Assembly: GCF_964355755.1 (NCBI RefSeq)
Contig: NC_092679.1
Span: 7,904,201-7,968,200, forward strand
Source of the DNA: Antedon mediterranea
Taxonomy: Eukaryota; Animalia; Echinodermata
Direction of reading: 5' to 3'
Length of the DNA: 64,000 nt
The notes under the pieces were generated by a model. It was not told the origin of the DNA. It was given only the letters and a program-made list of their open reading frames with translations, and ran no database searches. A program made the translations under genes and the position numbers. Below, in pieces: positions 10,634-22,600 of the stretch (within the stretch, counting starts at the first letter, position 1; each line of letters opens with the position of its first letter).

Positions 10634-13600
10634 TAGTCCAGGAGTATTAGACTTTGAGGTAGAAATAAATATGCTAAAGCTGAATTTTTCAGGATAGGTC
10701 CCTAATGTTGTCTGAAACAACATACTAAAAGTCCCCGGGTTTTCCCGTTGTGCTTCAACCCGATTGGGCCATTTTTCAAAATGGCGGCCATCTTAAAATT
10801 ATTTACCATATGCTGACAACCAGTAGGTGTAAGTAAACAATCTTGGTGTCAAAATACTCAGAAGACCCATATTTATATTCACTGTAATGAAAAAGTTTAA
10901 CAAAAAATGGTCAGAAATGCCTGTTTTGACCTTTGACCATAAATTTGGATTATCTCAATATCTCAACGACTGGCCGTAGAGACTTCAAAGTTGTCCCAAA
11001 TTATTCAGAATGCCCAACTTTCTATTCACTTTAATGAAAGGAAAATAACAAATTCCTTTAGAAACCTTCTATTTTGACCTTTGAACTATTGACCTTTGAA
11101 CTATTGACCTAGACATTATAGACATCTTGGTGATCGATAGGAGTACACAAGCGAAATTGGTGTCAAAATACTCAGAAGACCCATATTTATATTCATTATA
11201 ATGGAAAAGTTTTTTAAAAAATGACCGGAAATGCATGTTTTGAACTTTGACCCTAAATTTGGATTATCTCAATATCTCATCAACGACTGGCCGTAGAGAC
11301 TTCAAAGTTGTCCCAAATTATTCGGAATGCCCAACTTTCTATTCATTTTAATGAAAGAAAAATATCAAATTCCTTTAGAAACCTTCTATTTTGACCTTTG
11401 AACCCTTGATCTGGTCATATTTTATACCAAAATTGTATAGAAATCTTGGTGATCGATAGGAATACATAAGGGAATTTGGTGTCAAAATACTCCAAAACAC
11501 CCATGTTTCTGTTTACTCTTATAGAAATAATGTACTAAATGCGATTGTAAGTGTTTTGACCTTTGACCTTAATCATTACATTTTAATGAGAATTAGTCTA
11601 TTTCGTGCCTAGCTTACCTGTATAAACCGACAATAGCCTGTGTTCTCCAGAGGGAGGGCTTAGATGCAAAAAGTTAAATTTAAGTTGACATAAAGATAGA
11701 CAGAATCTAAAAATTCATCAGTATGGCCATTGCCATGAGAGGTAAAATTCATTCCAAATTGTTCAGATGCTAAACAGACAAACCAAGCCCTAATTTAAAA
11801 CTATATATATATATGATACATTTTACTGTCTGTTTGGGCTTTAGCCTATTTTCACTTCTTTTATTCATTAGTAACCAAACAAATTTTATTATTTATTTAT
11901 TCTTGAAATATTAGGTTAGAAATTAGTCCTCCAAAAAATGCCACGCCTTCTCTATATGGCTAATGTCCATGTTTAAACTTTAGAGCTACACCAATTCTGA
12001 AATGTTTCCTCTTCGGCAGTGCCATTTAATATAGCAGAGACCACTAATGGTTGATTTGACACACACTTATTGATAAAATTGTGTTTTTTTTTCAATTGAG
12101 CTGCACTATTACATTTCTTTGTGTATATAGGTCTGGAGTACATAATTCATCTTATAACATTTTTTAAATTGTCTAAAACTGCACACTGTACATAGTCACC
12201 CACCCAACCATTTATCAAGGTCTCAGTCTAAGTCTCATTTTAGGCTCTAGTCATACCTCCGATTCTTATCTGATATGATGCAATTTAATTTTAAAAGAAT
12301 TACTGTATTGCATTTATCTTTAAGATGTGAACATTTTTTTCTGTTTTTTTTCTAATCAAATTCTCTAAAAATCGAAAATACTTCAGGACTATATGATGGT
12401 TAATAAAATAAGGGCATGGAAACCCCCTGTTGAAGACCATAACAACTTTACAGTGACAATTTCTTTATAATCCATCTTGATAGATAGATAGTTTCATATT
12501 GTATTTTATTATTTAGGTGATTTGTCAAATGACACTGTCATTGTGACCCTTTGATACCTGAAATTATGGCCTCATATCTATATTGATGAATATTATTATT
12601 CGTCCATCGGACCTTTTTTCTAGGCTGTTTCGGATAAATTTGACATCTCATGGCATGATGAATGGTATGATATGTCCATCATGCTATTTGGGACTTAAAT
12701 TATTAAATTATAATGTAGTGATTAAAGTCAAAGGTAAAAAAACATGGGTGTTTTGGAATATTTTGACAACAAATTCGCTTATGTATTCCTATCGATCACC
12801 AAGATTTCTATATAATTATGATATAAAATACTGTATTGGCCAGATCAATAGTTCAAATGGCAAAATAGGTGGTTTCTAAAGGCTTTTAGTATTTTTCTTT
12901 AACTACAGTGAATAGAGTTGGGCACACTGCTTAATTTAGGACAATTTTGAAGTCTCTACGGCCAGCAGTTGATGCGGTATTGAGATAACCCAAATTTAGG
13001 GTCAAAGTTATAAATTTTGAAACCAATTTCGTATCCTATCGATCACCAAGATGTCTATAAAAATAAATATGCCTACATCAATAGTTCAAAGGTCAAAATA
13101 GAAGGTTTCTAAAGGTTTTTGGTATTTTTCTTTCATTAAAGTAAATAGAAAGTTGGGCATTCCGAATAATTTGGGACAACTTTGAAGTCTCTACGGCCAG
13201 TCGTTGATGAGATATTGAGATACTTCAAATTTAGGGTCAAAGTTAAAAACATGCATTTCCGGTCATTTTTTTAAAAACTTTTCCATTATAATGAATATAA
13301 ATATGGGTCTTCTGAGTATTTTGACACCAATTTCGCTTATGTACTCCTGTCGATCACCAAGATGTCTATAAAATTAAAATATGCTTAGGTCAATAGTTCA
13401 AAGGTCAGAATAGAAGGTTTCTAGGGCATTCTGAATAATTTGGGACAATTTTGAACTCTCTACGGCCAGTCGTTGATGAGATATTGAGATAATCCAAATT
13501 TATGGTCTAAGGTCAAAACAGGCATTTCCGGTCATTTTTTTAAAAACTTCTCCATTACAGTGAATATAAATATTGGTCTTCTGAGTATTTTGACACCAAA

Positions 13601-13798
13601 ATTGTTTACTTACACCTACTGGTTGTCAAAATATGGTAAATAATGTTAAGATGGCCGCCATTTTGAAAAATGGCCCAATCAGGTTGAAGCACAACGGGGA
13701 AACCCGGGGACTTTTAGTATGTTGTTCCAGACAACATTGGGGACCTATCCTGAAAAATTCAGCTTTAGCATATTTATTTCTACCTTTGGCCCTTACTA
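10634..13798. mobile_element. Non-autonomous Academ-like DNA transposon with about 1-kb inverted arms
   Basis: Termini TAGT...ACTA flanked by 3-bp TSD ACA (10631-10633, 13799-13801). Inverted arms 10657-~11590 and ~12720-13785 contain tandem subunits of about 270-320 bp (ttggtgtcaaaatactc at about 10842, 11157, 11476). No transposase ORF. Confidence 0.85.
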
Positions 13799-14139
13799 AC
13801 AGTAATAACCTTGAATATGTAATCCCATTGCCACATGGCAAGTTAGACATCGCCCTCTGGAGGCATTTTTTTTTACAACCAACACCAGATCATTCTTGTC
13901 TAACTAAATACTGTATAACTGAACCAAGGCAATTTAAAGTAAAGGTAGGTTATGCATAAGTACCAAAACAACTTCTTCATGAATTGTCATGCAATGGATT
14001 TGATAACAAAATAAAAGCATAAAATATAAATCTGCAGACCAATTATACTATACACAGACAGCTTATGAAATTGTCCTAATCATAATGTCTCAGGTATTAT
14101 GAAAATAATATTTGTGATTCTTGTTTTATAGGATTCAAC

Positions 14140-15616
14140 ATGAGTTGGACACTCAGCCAGTCATTTTTATCATATTCATCACCTGTGATCAAAACTATTG
14201 AAATGCATACAGGCGGGGAACCCCTGCGTGTTATAATTTCAGGATATCCTAAAATCCATGGAGATACAATTCTACAAAAAAGACGGTATGCGAAAAACAA
14301 TCTGGATCATTTGCGAAAGATGCTTATGTTTGAGCCTCGAGGTCACAATGATATGTATGGTGCAGTACTTGTAGATACTGATCTTCCAGGAGCCGACATA
14401 GCAGTGCTATTCATGCATAATGGGGGATACAGTACTATGTGTGGACATGCTATAATAGCACTTGGCCGCTTAGTTGTAGATAAAAAGTATGTAACAGCAA
14501 CAGAGCCTGAAACTGAAGTCAACATTCAATGTCCTTGCGGACTGGTCAAAACCGTAGTTGAGTACAAGGATGGCAAGTCAGGATATGTCCGATTTCATAG
14601 TGTTCCAGCATTTCTATTTGCTTCAAGTAAGCTATCTCAGGACTATAGGTCTTCATGATTCATCTGGTCCCTCCATGAAAAGATCTTTCTCGCAATGCTG
14701 GTTGAATAGAAACTGAGGAATTAAGTACCTAGATCTGTCCAATAAGCCTACATTATGCAAACTCTCCACAAAGTAGCTTAACATATTAAAGATCATACTC
14801 TATTATGAAAATAATGTACATCGTTATATTTTTCAAAATATTTCCATTTTTAGATGTCGAGATAAAAGTTAAAGGCTACGGAATGATGACGGTAGACATC
14901 AGTTATGGTGGCGCTTTCTATGCCTTCATAAGTGCTGACGTTTTAGGATTAGATGTCAGAAGGTCAAGTACGAGTGACCTAAAAAAAACAGCTACTGCAG
15001 TATCTGATGCTGTTAAAGAGCAAGTGAAGATTCTCCATCCTGGAGATGATGACTTAAGTTTTCTCTATGGTACTATTCTAACAGATGGTCAAGACAATTG
15101 GTCAGCGGACCCAACAGCCAATGTCTGTGTGTTTGCAGATGCTCAGGTAACCATACTTAGTACTCGTAGGAGGTACTTAAACTGAAGTTTTCCCTTTTTT
15201 GTTGTTCTGCTTAAAAGTCTACTTCTAGACTTATTGTGACCACCATCCACATTTATAAATATTAAATAATAATTAAAAATTATTTGTGGAAATTAATAAG
15301 CAACAAGTAATTAATATGGTTGAAATATTTAAAACCATATTTTTAATTTCAGGTTGATAGATCTCCAACAGGGTCTGGTGTTACTGCAAGAATTGCACTA
15401 CAACATGCTAAAGGCTTTATACAAATCGGCCAGAAACGAATATTTGAAAGTGGCGTAACTAAAAGTTTGTTTTCAGGAACTGCTATCAAGCAAGTAAAAT
15501 GTAATGATTTTGATGCCGTTGTTGTGGAGGTGTCAGGTCAGGGACATTATACCGGAGAGGCGAGTTTTATTCTTGAGGAAGGGGACATTGTTGGTGAAGG
15601 ATTTCTACCAAACTAA
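14140..15616 (+). CDS. L3HYPDH: Trans-L-3-hydroxyproline dehydratase (proline racemase family), 347 aa
   Basis: Exons 14140-14626, 14854-15146, 15353-15616; 1044 nt in frame. Motifs: EMHTGGEPLR, LMFEPRGHNDMYGA, STMCGH (catalytic Cys), DISYGGAFY, VDRSPTGSG. Thr in place of the second Cys is diagnostic of the dehydratase rather than the racemase. Confidence 0.96.
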
Positions 15617-15756
15617 AGTGTACAGTACAGTAGTACAGTAAATAAAATATTTAAAAAAATGTAAATTTACAAATGGTCAATGATAACAACTCTGAAGCAG
15701 CATCAATAAAGTGGTCTATTGGAATAAGGAAAATATTTTAATAGCAATTTTTTGTT

Positions 15757-16080
15757 TTGAATTGAATTGAATTGAAATTTATATTTATACTGGGTAACCT
15801 CTTCAGTCAAAGACTGGTCTCCCAGAAGGCCCAGTTGGTGATCAGTGGCTGTGATGTACTAATACACCGGGGTAACCCCCTACTCGTCTCGAAAGATGTA
15901 CTAGGTTCTTTAAAGTGCACACGAGCTAGATGTGTACACTGGACCTACGGTTTATAGTCCTTATCCGAGAAGACTCGTTCTACCACCAGAACCATGGAGT
16001 GAGTGAGCCTCGAACCCCTGCCGATGTTATGGCTACGTAATTACGGTTCCACTGTCATAACCGCTCGGCCACTCACTCAC
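15757..16080 (-). mobile_element. tRNA-derived SINE with Deu/Nin-type central domain
   Basis: Minus strand: A box TGGCCGAGCGG, B box GGTTCGAGGC, core ggataaggactataaaccgtaggtcc...gtgcactttaaagaacc...gagtagggggttaccccgg, and (TTCAA)n tail. Confidence 0.85.
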
Positions 16081-16628
16081 TTGTTTGACCCCAGTCTGAC
16101 CATTTTGAGACCCGTCACAAATGCAAAAAAAAAAATATCTAGAAAAACTTTTATTCTAAAAAGTGAATGATATTTTTGTATTCAATTTAAAAAAAAAATG
16201 CAATTTATTAGCTAAGAAATGTACATCTGTGTGAGATAATAATAAAAGTGATACTGTATATGCATTTTATTTGTTCAGATATTTTTCTGGAATAATTGCA
16301 CTGTATGAAATTATAGGCCTCGAATGTATAGAGTAATACGTTTTATTATTTGACTCTGATTTGCAAACACAAAATTGAAAAACGATTGTTTCATGAATTA
16401 AAATTGTTTTGTTCGAGAAACTTTGATAGAAACTTATTTTTTTAGCCGAGCGCCACCAACATAATGATCGCGTTTAATCCGTCGATAGCCAATCAATTTC
16501 AAGGACCTTGAGCAAATGTGCTCAGCGGTGTATTTTGATTTTTTTAAACATACTGCTGGTGTAGGAAACAGGCTAGGCCTACTAGGTTATTTATACATTT
16601 GTACGTTTCTAAATGTTATATAATAAAC

Positions 16629-19600
16629 ATGAAACATATATTAGAAATAAATGACCGTGAAGCATTGAGGTATGTTATTTCCAGAGAGCTGAAGAATTAT
16701 GGATTGAAAGTTCCTAAAGAAAAGAAATCGAGCAGCAATAATTGCGTGTGTAAAGTTCACACGCAAGAGGTAAGGCCAACCAATATTTGTCGCTCGACGC
16801 TGATAAAAATAAGTCGGATGTTGCTGGGCTAGAGCCTAGCCTAGCTAAGTTGATAAATTGTCTTGCGCTTGGGAGAGAGCCACCATCTAGCCTTATGCAA
16901 CATTTTATCAGTCTGATTATTATCACAAGGAATGTAATCCTTGTTTTGTCCCTTGCTTGAAGAACTAACATTAACAAAACTAACTTAACTGCTCAAGTTG
17001 AGTGGGACTGAACTGAGAGTGTTCATCGAGGCTAGGCTGTTATGCGCGATTTGAACGATTTGCGCAATTTGAAATTGCGCAAAAAAAATCCTTGCGCAAT
17101 TTGAATTGAAACATGTGTTTCAAATTGCGCAAGCAACGTATTAAATTGCGCAAGTAATCTGCAAATTGCGCAAGGTTTTTCGACAGATTGTGAAATCATG
17201 CACATCCATATTTTTATAGTAATTTCTAAGAATGATTCAAAATTAAAGATAAATATCGCATTTCCTTATTTTAGTAGTGCAAATATTGTTATAAGTTAGC
17301 ATACCGTCGAAGAACCGACGAAGGAAAACGAAGCGGTGGTGTTCCACCAGGCGGGCGCGGGCGGCCGGCTATACTACTCTAGCCTAGCTAGGGTCTGGAC
17401 TACTGATACTGACTAGGTTACATGGCCTAGCTTAAACTAATATTAAAAACTTAATTTTTACATTTATTTTGATTTATTTCAAGTTACAGTGATAATATTA
17501 TTTAATTGTAATAATAAATGTTATGTATTTATTATACACATGTTATCTTCGCATTTATTATGTTTTATTTTGAGTTATTTAGTTTCCAATAAATTATTAT
17601 AATACCGATTGTCTGGTAGAATTTTGTTGCGCAATTTGAAAATTTACAGGTTGTTTTCAAATTGCGCAAAGGTGTCATATTGCGCAAGAACTATCTTGCG
17701 CAATTTACAAATTGTGCAGCGCAATTTAAAATTGCGCAAAGATTTTCTTGCGCAATTTGAAATTGCGCAAGTTGATTGCGCAATTTCAAATTGCGCAAAA
17801 AAATCCTTGCGCAATTTTAAATTGCGCAAGAATTCTTTGCGCAATTTCAAATTGCGCAAGGATTTTTTTGCGCAATTTCAAATTGCGCAAATCGTTCAAA
17901 TCGCGCATAACATAGGCTACTCTTCTTGTAAATTAATTTAATTCTTATTTACAGGAGTTGTGCACATTTGGTTGCCCATTGGGCTGTCTTCCATCAATTT
18001 CAGTTGATGATGCATCTGCTCACACCGTCCCAAGGTAATGCACTTGTCAATTGTATGACCCACTATATGACCCCTGGGAGAGGTGCGTCATGGGTGCGTC
18101 ATTTACAAATAATTACTGACGCAGGTGTGCGTCAAAAAACCTAGATGGTACGTCACATCAATGAACAAGGTGTGTCAATGTCCGTCACTTTACCACCCAC
18201 CATATCATAAACAACATGGTCACAGTGCGTCAAAATGGGTGCGTCATGGTCACCTAAAGGTAAGTCACCTTTTTGACGCACGGGTGCGTCATGGTATTCA
18301 AAAGTATGACGCACATCGGAAAAATGACGCACCTCTCCCGGGGGTCGTATACTGGGTCATACAATTGACAAGTGCATAAGAACATGATGATATGTATTAA
18401 GTGAGATTATTGGTGTTATGGTTCAGTGATTTTGTTTGATTTTTTGATAATGGAATAGCCCATGGGGGATGGGAACCCTGCTGGACACCCAAGCCTAGAG
18501 AGCTGTATCCAAGGAGACATCTTTCTCTTTGGCCTGCGTGACTGGCAGGGAGAGGTGTGTTCTCCTTGCTAATAAAGCAAATAATAAATGCTAGAATTTG
18601 TAATTAAAACTGCTATAAACTGAGCCTGTTTTGCTTGCCTGTTTTGCTTGCCTGTTTATATTCCAATAAATGTTTGTTGTGAGATCAAATCAAGACGATT
18701 TACCTGGTACAGTATCATTATTGTTGCACGTGTCAACCGCAATCCCACACAAGTTAGGGAGGCCGGAGCCTTTTACATTGGAAAACATTTTAACGTTTAT
18801 ATTCTTGCGTGTTGGAGATTATTTTTAATGTTATCTTAAAATAATATGATAGTGTCATTGTATTATTTTTCTCTTTTAGATACTTAGTTGAATGTGTTGA
18901 GTTTCTTAAATTACATTTGAATTTAGAGGGTTTATTTCGTAAACCAGGATCAAGAGTAAGGCAAAAGGAACTAAAGGTAGGTTTTAAAAATGAGAAGAAA
19001 AAATTTAAAATATAAACCTGTCGTACTTAAAACTTGATGGCATGGTCATCTTGTCCGTGACTGTAAAGGCTCAATGTTTACTAGTGGAAGTACAGTTGGC
19101 CTAGGAGTGAGTGTAGTTATAAACTGAATTTAAAGAGATTGCACCTTTTCTACCTCTTGAATTCTTCAAATATCATAATTTCCACTTAACAGTTCAATTA
19201 TTTTCAGAATAATAATACATAAAAATGTGTTTACCATTAATCGCGGAGTTGAATCGTGGCAATAACAAGGTCAGAGTCAACTCTCGGTAACCCTAGTTTA
19301 AGACAATGTCATGAACACTGACCTGCATTATACTTTGTTTTTGTAGAAGCATATCAAATTAACCAATTGATTTAATTCAATATTTCTTTGTAGCAAATTA
19401 TCCTTAATACTGGGTCAGTTCCTCAAGATTCACATTGTGCTGATGTTGCAAGTCTTCTGAAGGAGTTCTTTAGAGAACTTCCAGATCCTCTCTTTACCCA
19501 CAAGCTCCAGGAAACCTTCCTGAAATGTGGCCAGCTGGAAGAGGAATGGAAGCAGAAGAATGCCATCCTTCTGTTGGTGACTATTCTACCAGAAAGTCAT

Positions 19601-22600
19601 TTCCATACTTTACTTTATCTTATGAGCTTCTTAAACGACGTAGCAGCACATTCTGAAAATAACAAGATGAATGTTAGAAATATTGCGTTAGTTCTTACTC
19701 CAAATTTAATCGGTCTTAATGAGAAGCAAGAGAAGAGCTCAACATTGTCGGAGAAGATCTTAAGAATCTTTATGTCTGTGATCGCCCTTCTCATTCAGCA
19801 AGCTAATCGGATTGGCTTTGTTTCTGAGACTCTTGCAGAGAAAATTAATAACTGTGCTAATAAATCGTGGAGCGCAGTTGATGGTGGGTTGACGTCTGAA
19901 GATGATTTGGATTGCAGTGCAGAGGCAATTCTTGATGCAGAGAAAGTAATAAAAAAGAAAAGGAGAAGAAGTGGCTCACTACAAGGTATTCATATTATTT
20001 CACTCTATTTATTATTTTATTCACAACATAGAATCAACTTTGCACATTTCTATTTGGTATTCTTAAACCGACGCCGAGAGAGGTGCAATTGCAATTGAAA
20101 AAAATAATTATGCACTTGTCAATTGTATGACCAACTATACGACCCCCGGGAGAGGTGCGTCATTTGTCCTATGTCTGTCGTACCTTATGAATACCATGAC
20201 GCACCCGTGCATAAAAAATGTGACTTGCCTTTAGGTCACCATGATACACCTATTTTTACGCATTGTGACCATGTTGTTTATGATATGGTGTGTGGTAAAG
20301 TGTGGGACACACCATTGTTCATTGATGTGACGTACCATCTAGGTTTTTTTACGCATCTCTGCATCAGTAATTATTTGTAAATGTAATTACTTTATAAATG
20401 ATGTTTATTTTCATTTTATAATTTGTTTCATGTTTTCATTTATTATATTTAGCACCATAAGAATTGTTGCTGGTACACTAAAACAGTATGTTCAGACCAA
20501 CAGTGTGAAGCATGTTAATCTATTGTGGAAAATACACCCATGTTTATATGGGGAGGGGTCCTCAATTTTCCCCCAGAATAAATGATGATACTAGGTCAAG
20601 ATATGATCCTTTTGCTTTGCAAATAAACGTTTTCACCTCAGAACCACATCCAGAGCAGAATGTATGCATAAAGCTGTTGGTCTGAATATCCTATTTGCAC
20701 TTGTTGTCACAATTCATATTGCAGAAGCTGTGAACAGTCTTGGAACACTTCTAGCATCTCCATTTGTCACTAGTAATCATTATAACATAGGTATGACATC
20801 ACACATTGTCACTAACCATTATCCATATACCCTGCATCACTAATGTTTAATCATATCAGGTATTAGATGATCAGTAGAATTTTTACTACTAGACTACAGA
20901 ATAAATGTATATTTCATAAGAACTTTATACTGTATGTGTTATGTATGGAACAGCCTTACAATTACACACACAAAAAAAAATACTATTTAAAAGTTAATAT
21001 CCAGTTTTGTGTAACAGTAAAATCATCTAATATTTTGGCATTATGGCTGGGCAGTTCCAGTATTAATTTCTTTCCATTATATTAAACTGAATTCATATTA
21101 ATTATAAACATGAATCTCTACTATTGTAGTTCTTACTCCTTCACGTAATCATCAAGGAGTTTATGAAACACCCAAGATAATGAGATCAAAGCGTAAGGCA
21201 AGTGAAGATAGTGGTGCATTTACTTCTGCTAAAAGGTGGGCTCTTGTTTCTTTTGAATTCTGAAATATTTTAGCTTTTAACAAATAATTTGATCTATGAA
21301 GAGTCTAGTATAAATGAGTTCTATTTTCAACAGGAAAGCTTTATTAAAGCAATTGCCAGCTGATCAGAGGTTTAGTAAGCATAGAGCTTGTGTTGACACG
21401 ATTCAAACCACACCAGGAGGATATGAAGGACCCCCTCTAGGTGAAGTTGGTAAGTAAACTGAACACTACAGCATATTATCCGTAATTGCACATGTTTAAA
21501 TATAGATCCAAACAAGTTGGCGCCCTCTATAATCACAATGATATTCCCTAAAAACAGACAGACATTTAATTAAAGAAAGTGTTTTTTTGGGCACCAAATT
21601 TATTTGGAAAATGTTCAATTGCATCTTAAGCACCTGCTAAGATACATCAATGATATTTTCCAGATATTGTCATTTTTCTTTTGATGCTTAGATGACATCT
21701 CTAGATTTGTGAGAGATTACTGTACCAGGCAGTGGTTGTCCATAAACTGCACAAAAAAAATGTGTAGGATTTGCCATACTTAAATAAAGACTAACTAGAT
21801 TTGAATTTAACTACATAGAAGGAATGATTATTAATTATAATTAATTCAATTGATTGTTTTAATTAAACAATATCTTCAACAACGTCTTTTATACAGTAAC
21901 CATATATGCATTTAAGCTTGTCTGTATATTTAGCATGAGTGAAAATAGCTTTCACTGTGTCACAATTGGCATTCTCCTTCATTTGCAAAATCCATAAAAT
22001 CTAACAAAACAATTCCTCTTCAGACTTATGAACTTTTTTTTTAATTTGAAAAGGTCAACATATTTAAACAATTAAATAAATGTTGTGTAAAATAAAAAAT
22101 AACAGTCAACTAAACCGTTTACAATGCCAATACCGTCAACTTAGCTTATTGAACGATTTTGATCAATGCTATGCTGTTTGTACAATTGTTGTGTAATGCA
22201 GTCTACTGTAGACTAACGCCCGTATTCTTAAACCGGACTTTAGTCGTAGTTCGAGCTAAAACTAAAAAAATGACGTCATTTTAATTCATAAACCAAACTT
22301 CAACTAAATCACCGACTAAATCAGGCCAACCTCGACTAAATCGAGACGGATTTTGATCGATTTTTTTAGTCCTGGAGGGGGCAGGCTAAATGGTCGACTA
22401 AATGGTTTTTAAACGATGTTTATAAAAAACGTAACAGTCATTGAGTTGTTATATTGGCCAGATATTGAAGAATGAAATATCTATATTTATATTACCGTAG
22501 CTTAATTAAATATACATTAGTATAAGTTATAATAATGAAAATCAACTTTATTTACAACTGTATACAAATTACATTATTTTCTTCGCGCAAGTCCGACTTG

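Noticed and set aside
13626-13959. ORFs of 74 and 108 aa
   Set aside because: They lie largely in the Academ-like TIR; no protein features.
14140-15616. L3HYPDH as a recent horizontal transfer or as a proline racemase
   Set aside because: It has spliceosomal introns, host-like composition and the Cys/Thr pair of the ordinary animal dehydratase.
17609-17941. 110-aa and 71-aa ORFs with LRNFKLRK repeats
   Set aside because: Translation of the ttgcgcaa palindrome array of a MITE.
20580-20690. Box C (ATGATGA) and box D (CTGA) suggesting an intronic snoRNA
   Set aside because: No convincing terminal stem or recognisable rRNA guide; such motifs are common in AT-rich DNA.
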